DNA of 64,000 nucleotides from Callorhinchus milii. Lineage: Eukaryota. This document shows, in pieces, positions 1 through 11,399 of the stretch. The position numbers and the translations under genes are program-made. The stretch lies in assembly GCF_018977255.1 (NCBI RefSeq), contig NW_024704742.1, positions 128,466,001-128,530,000 of the forward strand, given 5' to 3'. The notes below the pieces were generated by a model. It was given only the letters and a program-made list of their open reading frames with translations. It did not search any database and was not told the DNA's origin. The stretch's first letter is position 1. Each line of letters begins with the position of its first letter.

Positions 1-409
1 GTGAATGCTAAATTTCCTTCCCATCTTTCGCATGATGCATTTCCTGATATAACAGCTGCAAAAATATCATTCTAAAAATATCCCGCTTTTGTGAAGTGTG
101 CATGACCACAAAGATTTCATCCTTAGCAGTGGGTTCAATATAAAATGAATATTTATAAATCTGTGGTCCTTTGTTGCCACAGAAGCTCCGTAATGTCTTT
201 AGTTGAAGCGACCCTTTTACACCACCTGTGAGCCATATGTGGCCCGGTCTGGTGTCTGCACTTTCCCACATGGGGACGTCTGATTTCAGCCGAGCTGCTG
301 GGTTGCAGTGGGGCCTTCACTCTCCCAGCTGTCGTGCTACTCTGAGGGCTGACAGATTAAAGATCAATACTGAATCTGCGGCGATCAAATTGACACGTTG
401 TCATTTACT

Positions 410-570
410 CCAACAATAACGACAACAATAACAACAACAGAATTACATTTATGTAGAGCCTTTCACATCAGGAGGATGTCCCGAGGTGCTGCACAAGTAA
501 GGGTTTGCACTCGAGCTGGGGGTTGGAATCAAGAGAGGCGGAAAATAGGGGAGGTGGGAAGTGGGCAAAA
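410..570 (-). mobile_element. L2 LINE 3' end fragment
   Basis: (caa)n tail followed by attacatttatgtagagcctttcacatcaggaggatgtcccgaggtgct, the reverse complement of the L2 tail at 46950-47010. Confidence 0.8.
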
Positions 571-589
571 GCACGATATAAAAAAAAAT

Positions 590-1223
590 TCTCACTAAAA
601 CCACGATTGTTTGTGGGTCTCTACTGTGTGCAATTGGCTGCCGCATTTCGCCCACCAAATATACAGTCAATTCACTTTATGATATATTCTGTGCAGTGCT
701 TTGAAACATCTCGACGACATGATAAGGCCCTATATCAAATGCAAGGATTATTATTATTATGAAAGTTGCATCAGACCAGGCACTGGGAACTGCACATGAG
801 AATTTCACAGACAGGAGTGCAGAGTCAGCACAGCAGAAAAGGAATACATTTGTTAAGAATTATTATTTTATTATCTTAACATAATGCCATAATATCTGGC
901 ATTCACTGCTTGGCATTATGTTAAGATAATAAAATAATAATTCTTCGTAATCCTAAAAGGCAAAAATTGACCAGTATAATCCCAATTATTGTGAATAGAA
1001 TGGTAATATACACTAAATAATAATCTAACGTATAAACCCTTCAGAAAAAATAATTTGGTCACTCAATCCACAACTGTTTGTCGGACACTGCTGTACGCAA
1101 TTAGCTGCCGCGATTTCCTACAAAATATACATTGAATTCACTTTACACTATATTCTGTGAAGTGCTTTGAGACGTCTCGAAGACGTGATGAGGGGTATAT
1201 CAAATGCAAGGATTATTATTATT
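590..1223 (+). mobile_element. Two 5'-truncated family A SINE 3' halves (about 590-760 and 1030-1223)
   Basis: Both end tcaaatgcaaggattattatt and match the full-length copy at 10396-10770. Confidence 0.85.
855..945. repeat. Perfect 35-bp inverted repeat with 21-nt spacer
   Basis: 855-889 aagaattattattttattatcttaacataatgcca is the exact reverse complement of 911-945. Confidence 0.97.
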
Positions 1224-2238
1224 TCAATGCAAAGACAGACACTTTTCTACTTTTGCTTTCGGTATTGGCATCTAACACCCCTAGATAATAATTTGATGTA
1301 GCACCTTTTGTGTCAGTTGTACATCTCAAAGCGTTTCACAGGATTTTCTCTAAAGTGTAGTGACCGTGTAATTATTTTGTAGGCACCCGAGAGAAGTACA
1401 TGCGGAACAGCCTAGGGTGAATACAGACAAATACTTTCATCCAGCAAAAAAGGCTATGTATGATATGTATAATTGGTGCCTAAAATTAGCAGCTGATACC
1501 GCAATAATTAATTCCTTCGATAAATTAGCTGATTATGTTAGAGAACAGATTTGGCCGGAATTTAAATGCAGTTATAAATAGTATGAATTTTAAATTAAAT
1601 TAACAAATATTGCTTCAGCAGATTAATTTATGTCTGTGTGTATGGGGGTGAGTGGGGGGGAGATAGTTAATCAAGCACTAAGACCTCAAGGGTTAACATG
1701 TTTTGATCATTGAAATGATCTGAAGACCCTCTCTTTTTTAAATAAATGACAGGATATTAGGGTCTAAAAGCAATGCTCACAATGGGATTGACTGATCATG
1801 ACAGAGTAACTAACGGGGATTCCTGACACTAACCATGAGCAATCCATGGTAGACTCGCTCATACCCAGTGAATTTGCTAATGAACAGTCCCCTAAGGGTT
1901 AAATGGCACTGGAATATAAAGACGAGAGGGTTATTTATTTAGAAAAGAAACACACTTTGTGTCTGGCAGTGATAACTGAATTGAATAACACTATAATAAT
2001 GTTTACATTTGATATAGAGCCTTTCATGTAGGGAGAATATGTCAAATGTTTCACAGGATCTACTGTATAGTGAAATGACTGTGTACATTGTGGAGGGTGA
2101 CATTTCCTTGCTTTTGTGAGGTGATATTTCGCAGTAGCTCGGTACACAAGGGAGGCCAAAGCCTGTTACCAGCATCCTGACTTGCATTGCTGACCTGAAT
2201 TCTTATCCATGTGTTTCTCTTTACTTTGTTCCTTCCAG

Positions 2239-2430
2239 GCAGAATTCACAGCCATGAGGGACCAATACATGCGAGGGGGAGAGGGCTTTATAATCTGTTA
2301 TTCTATCACTGATCGACGATCATTTCAGGAGGCCGCAGAGTTCAAAGAGCTTATCTATCGGGTCCGGCACACATACGATATCCCCGTGGTCCTAGTTGGC
2401 AACAAAACAGACTTGGAGGAGTACAGACAG
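2239..2430 (+). CDS. RIT2: RIT2 (Rin) small GTPase, penultimate coding exon (192 nt, phase 0-0)
   Basis: Pyrimidine tract ending ttccttccag (AG 2237-2238), donor cag|gtacgg at 2431. Encodes [64 protein letters not shown] with the G4 NKxD motif. FQEAA, VRHTY and MRGGEG fit RIT2 better than RIT1. Confidence 0.95.
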
Positions 2431-3705
2431 GTACGGTAACTCTTATTTCTAATATCACTCTACAGTGATCCTTCAGGATCAATTGCATTTTCCAAAGGAT
2501 TCAAAGGACTTTGTTTGTTTCAATTGAAATACCGTAAAATACGTTATTTATCCAGCAAGCAGTGAATGCCAGATATTCTATTTATTTTCTAATCATTAAA
2601 AGCCCCTGTTAGATTAAGGGTGTCATTTAAGTTAGCAAATATCTTTAGTTTCAAATTGGCCCATGGAATGATCCTCTTACTCGTGAAAATTATTTCCTCT
2701 CCTGCAACTGGCAATGATCTTTAGTGTCATTCAAAACGTATCACTGCTGTGGAAAAGCAGCATTGCTGTCACAGGGAGGTTCCAGTTGCTGCTTCTGGCA
2801 TTGCTCAGCTGATGTATTTCTGCAGGTAACTCACAGCAAAGACTTTCTGAGTCAGACTGAGTACAAGCCAACCCAGGAGAATGATTGTCTGTCAAGCATT
2901 TCATGTGATGATAAGTCACTCTAAAAATGCAAGTATTCTTCCCACCCCCTCGGGTACCCTGTCAACTCCAAAAAGCACTTTGAGATTCTCCCAACATGAA
3001 CGGCATTATATAAATGTAAATTGTACGGTCTTATTGTATTGTATAACCAGAAAAAAGTTCCATATGCACAAGTTGAATTCCTTATTAAGAAATCTTACTC
3101 TGTACTACACAACGTAGACACCATCTCCACAACCTCCCTTGCTTTTTCCCAGGTGCCTTTAATATTGAAGTGAACATGCGTTAATTATCACACAGTGCAC
3201 TTTCCACCGCATTATTTTCCCTCAAATATTTATCCACTATTACACCTACGCCATATGGAGCATTTACATTTTGATTGCCTAAGTCATACTTGCTCTCAAG
3301 CTAATTCTGTAAAATTTACATAACCTTTCCTCCTCAGAGTCAGTGACTGAACCCACCATGATATCAACACAGTATTTAGTGCCAATAAATTATCCTTAGC
3401 ATGAATAATGAAGGCCAAGATAAAGGCAAAAAACTATTACTGAGAACATATACATTGCGATCTATTATTTTCTCACTTTCTGTGATCATAGAATCATAGC
3501 AATTTACGTTGCAGAAGGATGCTATTTAGCCCATCAAATCTGCACCCGTTTCAGGTGTTCAAGACTGTGCCTTGTCTCTGTGTTTCAGTTCCATACGATT
3601 CGACACGACTGTTTCAAACTGGCTCATTGGGTAGCACCCTCACCTCTGAATCAGAAGGTTCTGGGTAAAGTTCCACCTTGGGACTCTGAACACATAGTTT
3701 AAACT

Positions 3706-4252
3706 GACAACAACACAATTTGCATTTATCGCGTCCCTTACGCAGAGTAGCTTCCTAGAACTCTTGACAGTGGCGGAGCACGATGCCAAGCCAGGGGGAG
3801 GGAAAGGTGACCGGAGGCATGGTCGAATAGGAACGTCTTCAGGCTTGATCTGATGATGGGAAAGGAGGGGCAAGGTGAAATTAGAGGAAGAGTGTTCCAG
3901 AGTTTTGGCGCGTAATGGCTAAAAGTGCAGCCACTGATGGTAGAAAGGAGGGCCAAGGGACATGCAGGAGGACGAAGCCAGTCGAGCGGAGGCAGCCGGT
4001 AGTGGGATGGGGGTAAACAAGTCGGAGAGGTAGGGAGGTGCCAGGGGATGAAGGGATTTAGAAACGGGTGTAAGGATCTTGAAATCGATCAGCTTTCGGT
4101 GATAGGGAGCCAGTGGAGACTGACTAGAAGTGGTGTGGTGGAGTTTAGTATGTGAGTAAGGTGAGTATGTGGGTGGCGGAGTTTTGGATCAACTGGATTT
4201 TGTGGATGGTGGAACTGGGGAGACCAGCGAAGAGGGCATTTGAATTGTCGAG
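3706..4252 (-). mobile_element. L2 LINE 3' fragment
   Basis: ORF remnant FSHYAPKLWNTLP...LKTFLFDHA and a (caa) tail at about 3706. Confidence 0.85.
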
Positions 4253-4389
4253 TACAGTGTTGCATTGTTGGAGGTGCCGATCTTTGAATGAGACATTAAA
4301 CCCAGGCCACATCTCCCATGGCGCTATTCAAAAAGAGAAGCAAGTTTCTCCCCGTGTCCTGGCCACCAATCCACCAAATAAATTGATCA

Positions 4390-5608
4390 TTCATAAGACG
4401 TAGGAGCAGGAGTAGGCCATTCGGCCCCTCGAGCTTGCCCCACCATTTAATAAGATCATGGCTGATCTTCTAACCTATCCCCATATCCCGTAATTCCTCT
4501 ATCCTTTAGAAATCTATCAACCTCAGTCTTGAATATGTTCAAGGACTGAGCATCCATAGCCTTCTGGGGTAGAGAATTCCACAAATTCACTACCCTCTGA
4601 AGAATGTTTCAACTCAGTTCGAAAAGGCTGACCCTTAATCTTGGCATTAGCATGGCATTAGCCTTCCTAGTTGCTTGCTGTACCTGCATACTAACTTTTT
4701 GTAACTGGTGTACAAGGACACCCAAATCCCTCTGAACACTAACACTACCTAGTCTCTCCCCCTCTAGAAAATAATCCCCTTTTCTATTTTTATTACCTAG
4801 GTGAATATCTTCACACTTCCCCACGTTATACTCCATCTGCCACCTTCTTGTCCTCTCACGTAGCCTGTCTATTTCCCTTTGCATTCTTTGTGTGTCATCC
4901 TCACAGCTTATTCTCCCACCTATCTTCATTTCATCCGCGAATTTAGATACGTTAAGTTCTACTTCCTCATCTAAATCATTGATATAGACTGTAAATAATT
5001 GAGGTCCAAGCACTGATCCTTGTGGCACTCTGCTAGTCACATCCTGCCAATCTGAGTTTATCCCTACTCTCTGTTTTCTTCCTGTTAGCCACTCTCCAAT
5101 CCATGCTAATATATTACCTTTAATTCCATGGGCTCTAATCTTATGAAGAAATGTTTCCTCAACTCAGTTCGAAAATGCTGACCCTTAATCTTGCGACTAT
5201 GAACCCTAGTTTTGGATTCTCCAATCAGGGGAAACAGTCTCACAACATCTACCCTGTCAGGACTCTTAAGAATCTTATAGGTTTCTATAAGATCACCTCT
5301 AAATTTTCTATATTGTCGAAAATATAGGCTTAGTTTACTCAACCTATCCTCATAGGTCAACCCCTTCATCCCAGGAACCATCCTAGTGAATCTACGCTGC
5401 ACCCCCTCTAAGGCGAGTATGTCTTTTCTTGAATAAGGAGAGCAAAACTGCACACAATGTTCTAGGTGCGGTCTCACCAAGGCCTTATACAACTGCAGCA
5501 AGACTTCCCTACTCTTGTACTCTAACCCTTTTGCAACGAACGTCAACATGGCATTAGCCTTCCTAGTTGCTTGCTGTACCTGCATACTAACTTTTTGTGA
5601 CTTCATAA
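4390..5608 (-). mobile_element. CR1 LINE, RT C-terminus plus 3' end, internally permuted
   Basis: ORF remnants [23 protein letters not shown]...SKFAD and LYKALVRPHLEHCVQF...[15 protein letters not shown]. 3' end aggagcaggagtaggccattcggccc. Confidence 0.92.
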
Positions 5609-7197
5609 CTATTCGTAGGACATTGCCTACAAAATAATTAAAATAATCCTTGCATTCGATGTTTCACTTTTGATTTCAGGAGGATGTTTCAAAATGCTTC
5701 ACAGGATTTGCTATAAAGTGTTGTGACTGTTTATTTTGTAGATTGACTTGGCAGCCAATTGGTTCACAACTAGTCCCACAAACAGTTATGGAATTAATTT
5801 ATCAAGCGGATTGATGGCCATTACGCACAGTCAACTGAACAGGCAGTCACTACACTTTACATTACAACCTATGAGACAACCTCCTGAAATCAAAGATGAA
5901 ACATCAAATGCAAGGATTATTATTTATTATCAATTCAAAACATGGAGAAAACATGCATGCCAAGTGAGCCTCCTGCTATTCAACCCACATTCATTACCTC
6001 TGTCCTAAGGATGAAACGGCCGATGCTTTGCTGAGTATTTTTCCCTTTGCTCCATTGCAAAACGCAAACGTTATTTAAAAGCCATCAAAAGGTGACATTT
6101 ATCCTTTGATTAAAAAATGACTGGAAATGATCAGAGAGCTTCCTGAGATTACACAATGAAATGTCTCCTGAGTACCCCTGCCATTTGGGACAGCTATGAA
6201 TCTCATTTTATACTCTGGTTCACAGTCAGGCCATTATTATCAGAATTGTGCTGCTTAGGGTAAGATTTAGAATCTATAATAACTTACATCAGGCTCTGCA
6301 GTTTCCCATTAGCTGTGCTGAGAAAGTAAATTAAAAGAATAACAAGAATAACAATTGTAATTGCGAACTTTATGGCAATGAGCACCCATGCTAATTTTAA
6401 TGAATTGATACTGCACTAAGAACCTTATTTTGATTTTGTGAGCAGCTGAGGCAAATCAGTAACACATTGATGCTTCCAACCATTGCGTTCAACGGATGCG
6501 ATTCTTAATAATTACGGATAAAAGCCTAAAGTTTCAGCATGTGGCAAGTCACTCAGGACTCTTCATCCTGCAATCAACGAACTTGCTTCACTGGATATTC
6601 CCAGCTTCCCTCTCTCCCATTCTCATTTACACCCAGCCCTGACACTTTACCGCTTCCCCAAGCCATTCTGTGCCCAATTGGTGAGCAGCCTGAGGGAAAT
6701 GAGGAAACCTACTTGCTGTGCTTAGCCAAATTAACTGGCCTCCTGCTGTAGATGAATCAATACTGAATATATGTTTTTTTTAAATAAAGTATAAAAGATG
6801 CACTGTCAGTCTGAGCAAATAGTTTTTTGTTATATTAAGCAACTGTATCACAACAACAACTTGCATTTATATAGCACCCTTCACACAGGGTAGCATCCCA
6901 GAGCACTTGATTCACAAGTTCTGGCCTAAATTGGATCTTAACAATTGAGCTGAGGTGATGTTTTCTCTTGGGAGAGAGAAATTTATTGCAAAAATTCGAT
7001 CGCTATTCTGCTTTAAGGGTCAATTTTCAAACTTAACTACGAAGTGAATAGGAGGAAAGAAAGCTATTTCAGGGAGTTTCCTTCTAAGAGTGTGTACCTA
7101 AAGAAAGGGGAGTTTGCATAACAAATCAACCATCACAAAATACTCTTTAGTCTGAAAAATAAGATTGTTCAGATGTTTACAAAAACTGTTTAATCCA

Positions 7198-7612
7198 GAT
7201 TTGCATTTGATATAGCGCCTTATCGCGTTGCTAAGACATCTCAAAGCGCTTCACAGAATATAGCGTAAAGTTAATTGACTGTCCAGCAACTTGGGACATC
7301 CTCTTGACGTGAAAGGTGCTATACAAATGAAATGTGTTGTTGTTATACTTTGTGGACAAAATGTTGCAGCTAGTTGCACACAGCAGTGTCTCACAAACAG
7401 TCGTGGATTGAGTGACCACATTTTTAAAAAAATTATTTTTGAAGGAATTATTACACCTGGTAAAGTGATCCAACAATCGACTAACAACCGGGTTCCTACT
7501 TACTGCTAGGTAAACAGAAGTGTGTGGATTAAGGAAACTTGCCTGACATTTCACCCGGCCTGGGAATCCTCTTGCTTGCGAGTCGAATGCTTTAACCACT
7601 AAGCTTAATACC
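7198..7612 (-). mobile_element. Family A SINE, near full length, with a short L2 tail inserted at about 7281-7345
   Basis: Reverse complement of head, central block and tail of 10396-10770. Confidence 0.85.
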
Positions 7613-7942
7613 ACATGGTTTTAAAGCTCTTAAAGCCAAGAACATAAGGTTTCTTGGTCTCCTGCTCTTTTTAACAGTGCCAAAATTAATAGGTTGAAAA
7701 CAAAAGTGCATAATGTAGTAGGAGCTGGGTTTGTGGTCAAGGGTTAGGACGTGGAACCTGAAAAAACTCATGACACCCAGGAATATTGCTTTTATCTTCT
7801 TCAGCAGTTGAATGGTTTATATCACCTATAAAAGGTATAATAAAGACAGTGAATAATCCAGCTGATATTGTCATGGACCAAGGACACAGAACAAATGAAA
7901 GCATAAGGTGAGAAATAGGGGTTGAAATAGCCCATAGTTTCC

Positions 7943-8256
7943 CTAACTGGACAAGCAGCGGGAAAGCAATATCAATGACAAGCTATGCGGTTTTGGTTGG
8001 TTAGTCTCCAGCAGTACCACAACACATATTCTGGGGTCCTCAAGCTTTGGCTCTTGCCAACCAGTACCTAAACCGTTCGGAATTAGGTAAGCAGGATGCA
8101 TCCCTCCAGGGAGAGAGTGCGCGTACCATTCCAACAATCTATCTCTGGGATTTCCATGTGTATGTGGGATGCTAGGAAATATCAGCTTGGTTCGGATACT
8201 CTTAAGCACGGTGATGAGTTTTCGCATATGTCAGACAATGGCTGACCAAAAAAAAA
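7943..8256 (+). mobile_element. Unclassified oligo(A)-tailed retroposon (family C)
   Basis: Ends ggatactcttaagcacggtgatgag...ggctgacc plus A9. Homologous to six other loci in the window. Confidence 0.75.
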
Positions 8257-8399
8257 GGCAAAAGTTGCTTGATCTTTCAAAAAAGCAATGAGAACACATG
8301 TGATCACGCAAACTAGAGCCCAGTGTGAAACAACCCTGTACAGACTCGTAAGATCCCAGGCTCTGGAGAGATAAAATCAGATTGACTTCCTGCTCCTAA

Positions 8400-8645
8400 A
8401 TAATTTGTACACAGTAATGCCCCACAAACAGCTGTTATGTGGTTGACCCAGGATACCCTCAGAAACTCCTGTCTCGTTTTGAGTAGTGTCATGGGGATCT
8501 TTAACGTCCACCTGAACAGGCAGATGGTTTCTCGGTTTAACGTGTAATCCAAAGGATGATGCCTCCCAACAATGACCATGCCTCCCAAACTTCCGACATG
8601 GGCTTGAAGCCACAACTTACGAGTGTGCTACCAGCTGAGCCAGAG
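8400..8645 (-). mobile_element. Family B Deu-domain SINE
   Basis: gggatctttaacgtccacctgaacaggcagatggtttctcggtttaacgt is the reverse complement of the Deu core. Confidence 0.85.
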
Positions 8646-9880
8646 TCTATTTTTATATTAAGAAATCCGCATGTTAGACTCCAACAGCCTTGAAGGGGAA
8701 CCTTTTTTATTCACATGTAGCATTGATAACCATTTTTGCATGACTATTCCCTTTATTGTCATTGAATAATATAGAATTTATTCCTTAAATGACCACCTAC
8801 AAAATTCACAGTTACTATACTTTACATATATCACAAGATTACAAGATTGGTTTGAATTGCTTTGGCCCAGCTGATCTCATCCCTCCAGAATACCACCATC
8901 TGAAATGGTTTAAGACGTCCTCCTGATGTGAAAGGCGCTATATCAAATGTAAGGATTTTTTGGGACTCAGCTCTTTTATGGTGAATTGCAATGTATTGTG
9001 ACCTTATCCTTCAATGTAAATGATTTGATCTGGATTAGATGGCTTTCCATCACTCAATAGAAAATGACATTTTATGCAGCATTGTATGACTGCATCTATA
9101 TAATGTATTATCATGGTTCTGGTACCCTGGTAAATGAATTTTCTACATCACATGCAACATCATGCACCTGAATTTTGTCTACTGTTATAAATTTTAATAG
9201 CAACAGCATCTGTGCCTAGATATATATTATAAATCAAATCAGGAGCATCAGCTAACCAGACACAAGTCTCACTGCAGTAAGGTCACTTATTACATTTCAC
9301 TACTTTCCATTTGATTCACGTAAACAACATAGTTTAAACTTGTTTATCAAGGGGATGGATGTTAGTGCTGATAATATGGAACACAACTCCCTATTCAAGC
9401 AGCAACACAGTGAAGCATCTTATAGTAAACATGTAGAACAGGCTCCCTAGGAAGACGGTTGAAGCAGGAAGCGTTGATTCTTTCAAACACAGATTGGGAC
9501 ATATGTGCATGAGACCACCAGCAAGGTGGAAGGCGAACTAGATGGACCTTGTTTTTTTTTGTCTAGCATTTCTTATGTTGTTATGTAACACATTTAGATG
9601 CCGACCATATCTAACTGACTGGTGCTCTGTCTTAGCCCCAATCTGAATACTGTACCACACCCTTGGATCAAATTTACTAGTGAGATATTTTTCCATTTCC
9701 TTCACCAGTCATCGCGAGGCCCCTTTGAAAGGGAGATGGCAGTCTCATAGAACAATATTAATAATCATTGCATTTGATATAGCGTCTTTCATGTCATGGG
9801 AACAACTCAAAGAGCTTCACAAGATATCCTGGAAAGTGTAGTGACTGTGTATTTTTCCAGGTAAACAATATTAATCCTTG

Positions 9881-9984
9881 AACCAAAACCAGAGAGGGCT
9901 GGGAAAACTCAGCAGGTCAGGCAGCATTTATAGAGAAAGGAAAGTGAGTCAACATTACGGGTCCACAACCCTTCGCCAGAACTG
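9881..9984 (-). mobile_element. Mini Penelope-like insert with degenerate hammerhead core and 14-bp TSD
   Basis: Flanked by aatattaatccttg (9867-9880 and 9985-9998). Minus strand reads CTGGCGA-A-GGGT-TGTGG-ACCC-GTAA-TGTT. Confidence 0.75.
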
Positions 9985-10395
9985 AATATTAATCCTTGCA
10001 TATAATATACTACCTTTTACATCAGAAGACTACCTCAAAAGGCTTCACAAAATATACTGTAAAGTGTATTGACTGTGTATTTTGTAGATGACTATGGAAG
10101 CTAATGTCCCATAAACAGCCATAGGTTTTACAGTACAGAAATAGGTCATTCGGTCTGTCATGTCTGTGCCGTCTTTGTCTTTCACATAAGCCACCTAATC
10201 CAATTTCACTCTTCTGCTTGCTCCCTATAGCTTTAATATTAAATACAATTACAATATAATTTATATCTATATAAAGCCTTTCACCTATTTAGAGGGTATT
10301 TAATTTGTGTTCGCAAATTTCAGTAATAATTAACAAATTTGACCCATTTTTGTAAATGTCAAGAGAGTAATAATCTTTACTTTCATTATAAAAAG

Positions 10396-10770
10396 TGGTG
10401 TTCTGTAGCTCAGTAGTTAGAGCACTTGCCTCGCAAGAGAGAGACCTGGGTTCGATTCCCAACAAGGCAAAATGTTAGGCAAGTTTCCTTACTTCACACG
10501 CCTGTTTACCTGCAGTAAGTAGAAACACAGCTGTTAGTCGATAGGTGGACCGCTTTTCCGGGGGTAACCATTCCTTCCAAAAAAATAATAATAATAGGTT
10601 TGTCACTCAATCCATGACTGTTTGTGGGACACTGCTGTCTGCAATTGGCTGCTGCATTTCCCTCACAAAATGTACAGACAATTTACTTTACAGTATATTC
10701 TGTGAAGTGCTTCGAGACGTCTCGAAGACGTGATACGACGCTATATCAAATGCAAGGATTATTATTATTA
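10396..10770 (+). mobile_element. Family A SINE, full length (tRNA-Ala-like head, L2-type tail)
   Basis: A box tagctcagtagttagagc, anticodon-like cct-cgc-aag, B box gggttcgattccc, tail gcgctatatcaaatgcaaggatt(att)n. Confidence 0.92.
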
Positions 10771-10779
10771 AGTAGCATG

Positions 10780-11215
10780 TCTTTGAGATGTTTCAAAGCA
10801 CTTCATAGAATTTACTGTAGAATGACATGATTCTGTGTTTTGCAGGGAAACACAGCAGCCTATTATCATTGTAATGTCTCACAAAGAGCCATGAAATGAA
10901 TTAACAACAACAACAACTTGCATTGGAATCCTGCCCTTCACATGGGGTAGCGTCCTGGAGCGCTTAACAATTTTATCTGGAAGATTGTTACTCAGGACAC
11001 TGGGAGAGGCTCCCTTCGCATATTGAATAATGCCATGGGATCTTTATCGTCCAAATTAACAGGCAGATGTGGCCTGAGTTTAACATTTCATCCGAAGAAC
11101 AGCATCTCTGGCAATACAGAGATTCCTCAGCATTGTATTGTCAGCCTGGACTATATGAGCTCAAAGTCCTGACAACCTTCTGACAGAGATGAGAGTCCTA
11201 CTAACTGAGCCTGAT
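10780..11215 (-). mobile_element. Family B Deu-domain SINE with short L2 tail insertion at about 10903-10968
   Basis: gccatgggatctttatcgtcc...gtttaacatttcatccgaag, with the head at about 11170-11215. Confidence 0.8.
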
Positions 11216-11399
11216 ATTGACATATTTTGTCCACAAAATACACAGTCAATCTACTTTACAGTGTAATCCCGTGAAGCGCTTTGTGACGTCTCAATGACTT
11301 GTAAGGCACTATATCAAAAATTGAAAGGATTATTATTATTATATAACTGTGGGTAGGATATTAATCTGTAGGAAGTAAAGCCAAGGAGCGATTAATTCC

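Larger units (their letters stand above)
3612..5635 (+). mobile_element. Family B Deu-domain SINE split in three by L2 and CR1 insertions
   Basis: Head about 3612-3705, Deu core about 4251-4392 (ggaggtgccgatctttgaatgagacattaaacc...gtgtcctggcca), resumes about 5601. Confidence 0.75.

Noticed and set aside
855..945. Pre-miRNA or MITE reading of the hairpin
   Set aside because: Very AT-rich perfect stem, no clear TSD, and a loop copied from local DNA fit templated insertion better; not formally excluded.
1685..1905. piggyBac element from two aagggttaa motifs
   Set aside because: Both are in the same orientation and no matching left TIR was found.
2209..2439. ORF-track start and stop for the RIT2-like peptide (also 44276)
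   Set aside because: The N-terminal residues translate intronic pyrimidine tracts; the true limits are the splice sites.
10396..10475. tRNA-Ala genes at SINE heads
   Set aside because: Each runs into the SINE body, copies carry scattered mutations and acceptor stems are poor.
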